DNA of 27,914 nt from Octopus sinensis (GCF_006345805.1 NW_021834127.1:1-27914), one strand, 5' to 3'. Numbered from the stretch's first letter, positions 1 to 8,534 are shown. Numbers and translations: made by a program. Notes: generated by a model not told the origin, from the sequence alone.

Positions 1-419
1 AAATCTCTGCAAATGCCGCAGTAGCCTGATTGCATGATTCTACATCATCACACACAAGTCCTCTGTACAGACGGTATTCGCAGCAGATGGACCGCCGGAC
101 CAGTGCCAGATATCCCTTAGCAATAAAACTAAAAGTACAAATGTTCCAAATAATAACTAGGACTATGCGCAACCCTCATTTACAGAGGATAATAAATAAC
201 ACCGGTGAAATATTCATTGGCCAACGTTAAATGAACTTTTAAGTATACATTCAATGATAGACAATATAATGAAGATTAAATGCTTCGGTAGTTAATTATT
301 CATGGCCATTGTTAATTAAATAGATTTTCATTAGATTAATATAAATTATCATGCATACATGCACTTCACACCCACCTACATGCTTATGTAGATATTGATA
401 TATATATATATATATATAT

Positions 420-466
<47 letters not shown>

Positions 467-712
467 TTGTATGCATCTGTATGTATGCATATGTACGTAT
501 GCATAAAAAGAGAGGCGGGTAGGAAGGAGCGCTAAATCGTCTGATCAGTTCTAATGAAAGTGAAACTGATTCTTAAAGACGACTGGTAGACGCGATGTTT
601 AGGTTTATTAGGTCACCTCCACAATAAACATTTTACCCAGTTGAAAAGATATATATACAACATACATACATATATAGATATATATATATATTATAATATA
701 TATATATATATA

Positions 713-751
<39 letters not shown>

Positions 752-764
752 ATATATATATATA

Positions 765-1135
765 TCTCTATATAAACGGCAGTTGTCTCTTGTGTTCTGT
801 GTGTCTGTTTGGTGTACCCTCACCCTGACCACTGCATTCAACCGATTCTGATGAAACTGGACACACACATAGCCCAATGTCATAATTCAAAACTAACGCA
901 GCGAAAATTTTGAAAAGTTCCCCAGTTCTGAAAAAAAGTCGATAAATTCGACATGGGGTCGAGAATCAGAAACACAAACCACAGACGTCTAGGGGACGCA
1001 ACTCGACCTTTTTAACTCTCAAAAAAAATTTACCATCATTTTTTCCATTGTTTTGCTATTTTTTGGCTATAACTCTCTAAAAATGCTTTATAGTTATTTC
1101 CCCCAAACATGAGCAACGCCGGGCGATACTGCTAG
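765..1135 (+). mobile_element. Non-autonomous Helitron-like element (371 bp)
   Basis: Starts A|TCTCTATATAAACGGCAG and ends GAGCAACGCCGGGCGATACTG-CTAG|T. This gives 5' TC, a GC-rich subterminal hairpin (CGC/GCG at 1117-1125), 3' CTAG, insertion between A(764) and T(1136) and no TSD, i.e. canonical Helitron termini. No ORF. Confidence 0.8.
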
Positions 1136-1149
1136 TATATATAAATAAA

Positions 1150-1338
1150 TTAAAGAATGGAGTCGAACGACGATTAACAAAATTCCTTTATTCTCGACAT
1201 ATGTTTCGAAGACTGCATATTCTTAATTCCGAAGGAATAAAGGGTGCATTATGCCGCCTTCTCATCAGGAAAGACAAGGAACTTATGTCAGCATCATGAC
1301 GAATAAAAACTTTTAGATGACTGGACAACCTTATTTAT

Positions 1339-1345
<7 letters not shown>
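1150..1345 (-). mobile_element. Penelope-like element pseudo-LTR fragment carrying a hammerhead ribozyme
   Basis: Contains the HHR at 1180-1284 followed by AATAAA (plus-strand TTTATT 1187-1192). HHR plus polyA signal is the known organisation of Penelope-like pLTRs. Boundaries approximate; no RT or GIY-YIG sequence seen. Confidence 0.55.
1180..1284 (-). ncRNA. Type I hammerhead ribozyme, intact core
   Basis: Minus strand: AAGUUCCUU-guc-UUUC [CUGAUGA] GAAGGC-G-GCAUA...UAUGC-A-GUCUUC [GAAA] C-AUAU-G [UC] cleavage GAGA-aua-AAGGAAUUU. All conserved core nucleotides are present, stems I-III pair, and the triplet is GUC (cut between 1196 and 1195). Confidence 0.88.
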
Positions 1346-1373
<28 letters not shown>

Positions 1374-1375
<2 letters not shown>

Positions 1376-1539
1376 TCATTAAAAAGCAGTAAAATATCAC
1401 AAAAACTGTTACTCAGAGTTTCACGTTCCCGTTCGTTGGATAGCTTTGTTTAGAATCTAAACAAAACTGTCCGACGAACGGGAACATGAAACTCTGAGAG
1501 TAACAGTTCGTGTGATATTTTTACTGCTTTTTAATGAAG
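1374..1539. repeat. 166-bp foldback palindrome (inverted duplication of a hammerhead-bearing repeat end)
   Basis: Arm CTTCATTAAAAAGCAGTAAAATATCAC...TTGTTTAGA (1374-1454), centre A1455, and a reverse-complement arm TCTAAACAA...GTGATATTTTTACTGCTTTTTAATGAAG (1456-1539), with a few mismatches. Confidence 0.95.
1465..1508 (+). ncRNA. Minimal type I hammerhead-like motif with U4C core variant
   Basis: AACUGU [CCGACGA] ACG-GGAA-CAU [GAAA] CUC-UGA-GAG [UA] ACAGUU. Stem I is 6 bp, stem III is 4 bp, triplet GUA. Stem II has one mismatch, which is a perfect ACG/CGT in the mirror copy at 1404-1445. Confidence 0.65.
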
Positions 1540-1710
1540 CATATTACTCTAACTCTGGTATTCGAGACTATTTTCCCACCTTCTTTCGCATTATATGCTT
1601 ACTGTTGTATCTTCCCCCCAAATCTCTCTCTTCTCTCTCTCTCTCTCTCTCTACTATATATTATATATATAATATATATATAATAAGTGTGTGTGTGGTG
1701 TGTGTGTGTG

Positions 1711-1750
<40 letters not shown>

Positions 1751-1751
1751 A

Positions 1752-2170
1752 GGTATTGTCCGTGTGGTAAGAAGCTTGCTTCCCAGCCACATGATACCGG
1801 GTTCAGTCCCATTGCGTGGCACCTTGGGCAAGCGTCTTCTGCTATAGACTCGGCCCGACCGAAGCCTTATGAGTGGATTTTGTTGACGGAAACTGAAAGA
1901 AGCCTGTTGTGTTTCTGTGCGTGTGTCTCTGTGTGTGCGTTTGTGTGTGCATTTTTGTGTATGTGTGTGTTTGTCCTCCTAACGCCATCACTTGGCAACC
2001 GATTCTGGTATGTTTACGTTCTCCGTAACTTAGCCGTTCGGCAAATGAGACTGATAGAATAAGTACTAGGCTTGCAAAGAATAAGTCCTGGGGTCGATTT
2101 GTCGACTAAAACCCCTTTAAGGCGGTGCTCCAGCATGGCCGCACTCATATGACTGAAACAAGTAAAAGAG
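1752..2170 (+). mobile_element. tRNA-derived SINE, family B (CORE-like domain, internal microsatellite)
   Basis: Head GTGTGGTAAGAAGCTTGCTTCC...GGGTTCAGTCCC (B-box-like), then CACCTTGGGCAAG CORE-like segment, (TG)n linker and 3' module ending GACTGAAACAAGTAAAAGAG. Reverse-complement homologues at 21915-22085 and 22895-23257. Confidence 0.85.
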
Positions 2171-2760
2171 TCAAGGAATAAGAGAATATATATATAAATG
2201 TGTATGTGTGAGTGTGTATGTATGTATATACACAATGACTTAATATGAGTGGAATGCTCTTTTCATTTTTCTCTCCTTTTTTGAGGATAAGAATGAACAG
2301 TCACTCAATTTAAGGAACTGTGTACCTACTTTTGCCCACGTCTGTATATACAAACACACATGCTCATACACGTACACACAGACTATTCGACAAACACTTC
2401 TACACACAGATAATTCTACAAACACATACACATAGAAAAGGGAGCAAGAAACGGTTGGAAGTAACAAAAGTGAAACATGAAATCTGTGATGGTGTAAATT
2501 CACGAGAGAGGAAAATGAAATGATTTCACTTTCGATCGTAAAATGCGCCATAGAATCCGCCATTACTGTTTACAAAACAAACCTATTTCATGATTGTAGA
2601 ATATATCATAAAATTTATCAAACAACTCTGTAACATTGATGGTGATGTAGAGTTTTCTGTGTTGTCACTCGTATTGCTAAAAATGAGTTTAACCTTCCTC
2701 AAATGACACGATACTCCCAAACGGTACATGCATCAAATAATGTATTTATATGTTTGAATA

Positions 2761-2890
2761 GGTGAAGGCGTGTGGTCTATGGTTAAGCCGTTGCATTTGT
2801 GATCGTAATATCGTGGTTTCGATTCTCGAGGAGGTATGTTGTGTTCTTGACCAAAACATCTCCTTTTACGTTGCTATTTTCCGTTCACCA
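2761..2890 (+). mobile_element. Degenerate SINE family C 5' fragment
   Basis: Aligns by eye to 14563-14700 (GATCGTAA..GTGGTTTCGATTC..TTGTGTTCTTGA.CAAAACA..TT.ACGTTGCT). Confidence 0.65.
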
Positions 2891-3254
2891 GTAAAAGGTT
2901 TCTACCAGCAATTGAGAAGTAAAGCTTGGGACTAACCTAGTGTCTTCTCTCGTCGATTGAACCTCCACTCTGCCGGACAATAAAAATTTGACTACAACTA
3001 CTGGCATTCTAATGGTGTTTCCCCTCCATCCATTAACTAACCAATTAAACTAAATCTAATTGTATTTCTCTTTAAAAAAAAACCTCTCTCTCTCTTACAC
3101 ACATACATACACACTCACACATACACACTCACACACTTATATACATATACTCACACACATTCCTTCACACGCACATCCACTCTTTTCTTAGTTCTCTCTG
3201 TCTTTGTTTTTTTTCTACGTACTCTCACACTCACTCACTCTCAATCTTCTACCC

Positions 3255-3404
3255 CTTCTTCTTCTCCCTCCTCTTCCTCTTCTTCTTCTTCTTCCTCTTC
3301 TTCTTCTTCTTCCTCTTCTTCCTCTTCCTCTTTTTCTTCTTCCTCTTCTTCTTCTTCTTCTTTCTTCTTTCCTCTCTTCTCCCTCTTCTTCTCCCTCTTC
3401 TTCT

Positions 3405-3435
<31 letters not shown>
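3255..3435. repeat. (CTT)n microsatellite within a longer pyrimidine tract (~3080-3660)
   Basis: Directly visible CTT/CCT triplet run. Confidence 0.95.
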
Positions 3436-3436
<1 letters not shown>

Positions 3437-4084
3437 CTTACTCCCTTACGACCCTCTCTCTCTCACTCACTCACTCTCACTCACTCTCACTCTTTCTCCT
3501 TTCTTCCTTTTTCCTCTCTCTTTCCATCTCTATTTCCTCTTGCTCCCTTTCGACTCTCTCTCTCTTTCTCTCTCTCTCCCTCTCTGAATCTCTCTCTCAA
3601 CTCTCATCGCTTCATACCTTCTTTCCTTTCCTTCTTTCTCTCTTTTCCCCTCCATTTCTTTCATTTATTCTCAAACTCCACCTTTCAACACCAGACACGA
3701 TGCTCTTTCTTCAGTAAATGCAGTTATATTTCTTATCTGACATGGAATGGTCGTTCTGCAGAAATCTTAGATTTTAATCGATCTGGATATTTATAGAATT
3801 TACAAGCAATTTAGCAAGACACTCTGGAAGTTGGAACTGGTTCTTTCTTTAGCAATGCTCTTTTAATTATAGCAGTTCAAAATATATTGGTTAACATCAT
3901 TCTAACAACACAGGAGTTCGGCTGGATAGGGACAAACCCTTGACCTCGTTCCTCTATGACGGAATGCCGTTTATGTAGCTTATCCAGTGATCTTACATCA
4001 CTGAATAGCAAACAGCAACAACATCACTGCAATAGGAAAGAAAAGAAGAAGGAGGGGGATGGGGAAGAGTGAAAGGGAGCGAAG

Positions 4085-4367
4085 CGAAGAAGAAGAAAGG
4101 AGGACGAAGAAGGAGAAGAAGAAGAAGAAGAAGAAGAAGAAGAAGAAGAAGAAGAAGGAGAAGAAGAAGAAGAAGAAGAAGGAGAGAAGAAGAAGGAACG
4201 AAGGGGAAGAAAAAAGAAGAAGAAGGGAAGAAGGAAAAGGAAGAAAGAAAAGAAAAAAGAAGAGAAAAAGAAAAAGAAAGAAGAAGAAGAAGAAGAGCGC
4301 AGAAAGAAGAGAAGAAGAAGAAGAGAAGAGAAAGAAGAAAAGAAGAAGAAGAAGAAGAAGAAGAAGG
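4085..4367. repeat. (GAA)n microsatellite
   Basis: Directly visible. It produces the spurious poly-K/poly-R ORFs in the track. Confidence 0.95.
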
Positions 4368-4509
4368 TTTGGAATTAGTCCCGTTCTGTGTTGGAATGAA
4401 ACCCCCTCTCTGGATGGAGAAATATTTATAAGAGATAATTTCCAGTTGGTTAAGAAGAAAATAAATGCTAAAAATTTACAAGGATATAAATGAATAAAGG
4501 AAAAGCAAT

Positions 4510-4864
4510 ATGTGGAGCATGAATGCTTTCTTAATTAAATTGCAAATGCTGCGAAGCGGACAGGTAGTGCGCATGCCCGGTCGCTTACCTGTTTTGCTAG
4601 ATTTTGTTTGGGAAAATAGCAGTTGGCTATCACTCTCCAAACAGGAGATACAAAGGCACGCTCAAGACAAGCTTGAAAAAATGTACATTTTAGAGCAGTT
4701 GTAGACATCTTGCATAGCAGGTTTAAGAGGAGGAGGGCTGCACGGAAAGCAAGAGTGCCACGGGTCCTGACCCTCCTGTTACGCTTCTCCATTGTAACCA
4801 TGAATTACCTTTCAATACTGGTCAAATAAACCACCTCAGGACCCATAAAGAATATAGCTGCTAA
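4510..4864 (+). pseudogene. Decayed 3' end of an RTE-clade non-LTR retrotransposon ORF (post-RT C-terminal region)
   Basis: Across frameshifts it reads MNAFLIKLQMLRSGQVVRMPGRLP / RRYKGTLKTSLKKC / KRRRAARKAR / HCNHELPFNTGQINHLRTHK. These resemble RTE C-terminal motifs (QLRWAGHVVRM..RLP; KRYKDTLK.SLK; R.RRK.R; C..C...F....GL..HLRTH). Confidence 0.75.
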
Positions 4865-4931
4865 TCTAGTCATCTTTAGCGACATAAAGTTCGAAAATCA
4901 CGAGTAGAGAAATATACCGAAGCCCCTATGA

Positions 4932-5099
4932 GGCTTATTCAGAGCGTTTCTCGCACCCATGACTGGCAACGAATACCCAGCACCGAAGAGATCCAATACA
5001 GATTGAAACTACGTGAACTGGTAGCCTTGAAGTTAGAGTAGTAGAAGTTATCTCCCGCTTGCAATAAACATCGGGTGCGAGAAGCGCACTGAATAAACC
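4932..5099. mobile_element. Putative MITE with ~27-bp terminal inverted repeats
   Basis: GGCTTATTCAGAGCGTTTCTCGCACCC (4932-4958) versus GGGTGCGAGAAGCGCACTGAATAAACC (5073-5099), 3 mismatches. No clear TSD. Confidence 0.6.
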
Positions 5100-5184
5100 A
5101 ACTGGAGGAGATATCTTCCTGGGGTTAAATGGCAGTATCGTCGTCTCTTAGTGGGCAACCACAATAAAGTAACCATAAGCAATA

Positions 5185-5195
5185 CATACATACAT

Positions 5196-5258
<63 letters not shown>

Positions 5259-5278
5259 ATATATATAATATATCTATA

Positions 5279-5318
<40 letters not shown>

Positions 5319-5349
5319 GTATACGTATATGTATGTGTGTGGTTGTGTA

Positions 5350-5404
<55 letters not shown>

Positions 5405-5420
5405 TATATTATATATATGC
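5185..5420. repeat. (TA)n/(TACA)n microsatellite
   Basis: Directly visible. Confidence 0.95.
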
Positions 5421-5859
5421 ACACACTCACGAGGCCACACTTCAGGAAATGACAATTCAACGATTACATGAGCCACAGATAACGGATATTAAACTTGACA
5501 TAATTTTAATTTTATCTGACAAAACCACGATAGACTTTTAATAGCTGACAGCAAAACTGAGTTAATTTCAACATTGTTAAGAATCCAACGGAAAATTTTA
5601 CGCAGATTTAAACAATTGTGGCACAAACTATACATGTCCATCATTTCGTTTGCTATAAGTACAAATGAAAACAAAGCAGACTAATATTAATAACATTGTG
5701 TGTGTGTGTGTGTGTGTGTGAAAGGGAGACATAGGCACGTTCTAGAATATAATAATTTACGGTTTGATAAATACTATTAAGGCATTCTAAGAAATTTTTC
5801 TCAAACTGGAATATTCGTCAATATGCATTCCAGTATGAAATTTGGCAGAAATAATAGAG

Positions 5860-6091
5860 CTATTTCTTTACTATCCACAAGGGGCTAAACATAGAGAGGA
5901 CAAACAAGGGCAGACAAATGGATTAAGTCGATTATATCGACCCTAGTGCGTAACTGGTACTTATTTAATCGACCTCGACAGGATGAAAGGCAAAGTCGAC
6001 CTCGGCGGAATTTGAACTCAGAACGTAGTGGCAGACGAAATACTGCTAAGCATTTCGCCCGGCGTGCAAACAATTCTGCCAGCTCGCCGCC
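5860..6091 (-). mobile_element. tRNA-derived SINE, family A (Deu/Nin-like central domain), full length
   Basis: Minus strand: GGCGGCGAGCTGGCAGAAT (A-box-like)...GAGTTCAAATTCCGCC (B-box-like), then GCCTTTCATCC..GGTCGAT.AA..AAGTACCAG and tail ..GCCCCTTGTGG..AGTAAAGAAATAG. About 10 homologues in the window. Confidence 0.9.
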
Positions 6092-6200
6092 AGAGCGTCG
6101 GACAAAATGTATTGCGGTATGAGTGTTCCGGTTCTTTTCTTTCTGATTTCAAATCTCGCCGAGGTCGAATTTACCTTTCATCTTTTCGGAATCGATAAAA
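6092..6200 (+). mobile_element. Degenerate SINE family A, head-to-head with the previous copy
   Basis: TTCTGATTTCAAATCTCGCCGAGGTCGAATTTACCTTTCATCTTTTCGGAATCGATAAAA matches the family A centre. Confidence 0.75.
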
Positions 6201-6948
6201 CACTTGCAAGTGAGTATGATTTTAGGAACGTGTGCGATGCTTTCACAAAATGCCTCAGGTGCTTGTATAACCGTCAACCGTTATAGTCTCCTGTCAACAA
6301 TTTTACCCGTGACCCACCGGATCATGATATTACATATATTGTTGAAGAATCTAACAGTGGAGAAAAGAGAAACTAGAAGATAAAATCTTGACGCTCTGGA
6401 TAAAACATTTATAATTGTGTGCACGGTCATTCCCACCAAGCAATTGTTCTACCATCACTGGAAGCGGAGAAAAGTTAAATAAATCATGAATTTATTTCGT
6501 ATAGTATTTAATCTACTCTTTTTAGTCTTTATTGTTCAAATACTTGCCTTTGACCACTTTGAGTTATATCCCTTGGCTCATTTTTCGTATCATTTACGCA
6601 AATTACAAGCGCTAAACGTGTTCAGTTTCGTATACGTGTAAGTGTTTCGTATATGTGCTGCAGATAAGGTAAGAAAATGCCGTGGTGATAACACTTATTG
6701 ATGCGGAAACATGTCGATAATTGTCCGCTTGAGTTAATGAGATAATCTTTCCTAAACGGTATATTAATTCTGGAGAATTAACTCCTCGTTTTATATGGAG
6801 TTAGTCTGAATCTAGAAAGAAATTTGAATCAGCAGTAACTTTTCTTGTAGAGTATTTCATTTCCTCTTGTTCGTCTTTGTTCTTTCATGCTGCCACTGGC
6901 CGACAATCCGAGTCCTTTCTTTTAGCCCGTTATACAATTTATATATAG

Positions 6949-7008
<60 letters not shown>

Positions 7009-7019
7009 GATATATATTA

Positions 7020-7560
7020 ATTGGGTTGTTCGGGAAAGTTCGTGCCGATTTTAAAGGAAAGAAAAGGTCAATAAAAGACATGCCTTTTTAATCAACCAAA
7101 TTGAACCATTTGTGCACAATGCGTCTCCATCTTTCCTTTAACTTGAAAATATCCTTTCCCCAGAATTGAGGTGGTTTCATGGCTAAGAATTCATCAAGGT
7201 ATCTTTTTACGTCTTCTAAGGAATTGAAATTTTTACCATTAAGATTATTCTGCAGAGACCTGAATAAGTGTAATCCGAAGGAACAATATCTGGGGTAACA
7301 CATCGCAGCCGAGCTGCAGCAATTTTTGTCTGGTTCCCAAAACATCAAGTGCCGAAAATGAATTTTTTAACTTCCATTTTAAAGGGTTACAGAATTAACA
7401 CAAGATATAGGAACATACACCTTCTTACACGAAAAAGATAGCGTAAACTGTTCTCTAAATGGAGGTGTAGTCAATCCTATTTTATGCACTCAACCACGTT
7501 CTAAAATAAGTCGAAAGGTAAGCTCCTATAAATCGGCACGAACTTTCCGGACAACCCAAT
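7020..7560 (-). mobile_element. Internally deleted mariner (Tc1/mariner) DNA transposon
   Basis: 31-32-bp TIRs (ATTGGGTTGT.CGG.AAAGTTCGTGCCGATTT at 7020-7051 and its reverse complement at 7530-7560) within TA context. The minus strand carries a transposase N-terminus fused to its C-terminus. Confidence 0.92.
7095..7377 (-). pseudogene. Mariner transposase remnant (N-terminus joined to C-terminus)
   Basis: ATG at 7377 gives MEVKK..HFRHLMFWE (frameshifted). It is followed by PDIVPSDY/HLFRSLQNNLNGKNFNSLEDVKRYLDEFLAMKPPQFWGKDIFKLKERWRRIV, matching the mariner SPDLAPSDYHLF motif and C-terminal helices. Most of the catalytic domain is deleted. Confidence 0.9.
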
Positions 7561-7577
7561 ATATATTGGATCGTTAG

Positions 7578-7790
7578 CCCCTATACGAAATTTTTTTCTC
7601 TCCTTGTTTCTTTTCTGTGTATCTTTCTGTCGAAGAGCGTAGGCTCGAAACGTAAAAGACTTGTTTTATTTCTATTCCTGAGCGCCATACTAATACATTG
7701 TTTGTTTGTACTCCACCTGCCTTCGTCTTTTGTTTATTTTCGTAAACCGCCTTCGTCTTTTGTTTATTTTCGTAAACCTTCCCGTTATAT
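7578..7790 (+). mobile_element. Probable Penelope-like terminal repeat fragment with minimal hammerhead
   Basis: Contains the HHR-like motif 7622-7659 and a perfect 30-bp tandem duplication (7719-7748 / 7749-7778). Classification is by inference. Confidence 0.5.
7622..7659 (+). ncRNA. Minimal (dimer-type) hammerhead-like motif, A6U variant with an extra A after A9
   Basis: UCUUU [CUGUCGA] A GAGC-GUAG-GCUC [GAAA] CG [UA] AAAGA. Stem I is 5 bp, stem II is 4 bp, and stem III is a loopless palindromic ACGU. Confidence 0.6.
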
Positions 7791-7993
7791 AATATATATA
7801 TAGTATATATATATATATATATATAAGCGGGATCAGGCATCTGAATGTGGCTAGGGACAGGGCGGGGTGGTGGGGGGTGTTACTGATGCATTTAGCCCCA
7901 GGCGACTAAAGACGTCCACCAGAAGAGCCGACACCATCACGGTGTCCTTGCTAGCCTGCAAAGGAGATCAGCCTCCCCGAGATACGGATACTA

Positions 7994-8035
7994 CACACGG
8001 ACCGGTTTCGAGGTAGTCGTTCTCGTCAGCACATG
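7994..8035 (-). ncRNA. Minimal (dimer-type) type I hammerhead, canonical core
   Basis: Minus strand: CAUGUG [CUGACGA] GAACGACUACCUC [GAAA] C-CG-G [UC] CGUGUG. The core is complete, stem III is palindromic ACCGGU, the triplet is GUC, and stem I is 6 bp with 3 G-U pairs. Stem II is weakened to 2 closing bp. Confidence 0.7.
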
Positions 8036-8089
8036 GCAAGACCGTTCTTCGTTGAGGGACTTATATATATATATATATATATAATATAT

Positions 8090-8220
8090 AACTGAGTGAA
8101 CTGGAGTAACGTGAAATAAAGTGTTTTGCTCAAGAACACACAGCATAGCCCGGTCCGGGAATCCAACTCACTACCTTAAGATTGTGAGCCATACGCTCTA
8201 AACACTGAGCCATGCGCCTT
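8090..8220 (-). mobile_element. SINE family C 5' fragment
   Basis: Reverse complement of the 14563 head/CORE-like segment (CGTGAAATAAAGTGTTTTGCTCAAGAACAC..CCCGGTCCGGGAATC). Confidence 0.75.
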
Positions 8221-8446
8221 TACACGCGCGCGCGCGCACACACGCACACATAATTATTTAACTAGAATAGCTTTGACAGTAACTGCGAAGTTCCGACGAT
8301 TCCTTAGCTGACTGAAACATCGAAGTTACTGTCAATAATATTATTATTTCAGAGTTAAAAAAAAATGTTACTCTACAAAATTATAGAGTAATCCCCAGAT
8401 TAACGTAAAATCGTTTTTTTAATTATAACTGAACATAAAAAAAAAA

Positions 8447-8448
8447 AT

Positions 8449-8534
<86 letters not shown>

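Noticed and set aside
848-860. CTGATGA inside the Helitron
   Set aside because: No stem II hairpin followed by GAAA and NUH; an isolated chance match.
2585-2680. Minus-strand exon candidate NTSDNTENSTSPSMLQSCLINFMIYSTIMK
   Set aside because: The only open frame ends in TAG immediately at the putative donor, so it cannot be an internal exon.
6555-6575. Shared TGAGTTAT(A/G)TCCCTT with the reverse complement of ~24265-24280
   Set aside because: Only ~15 bp of similarity; it may be an old repeat but boundaries cannot be supported.
6691-6724. ACACTTAT-TGATG-CG-GAAACATGTC-GATAATTGT resembling a collapsed hammerhead
   Set aside because: Has a stem III/GUC-like half and partial stem I complementarity, but lacks C3, A9 and stem II. 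Too degraded to call.
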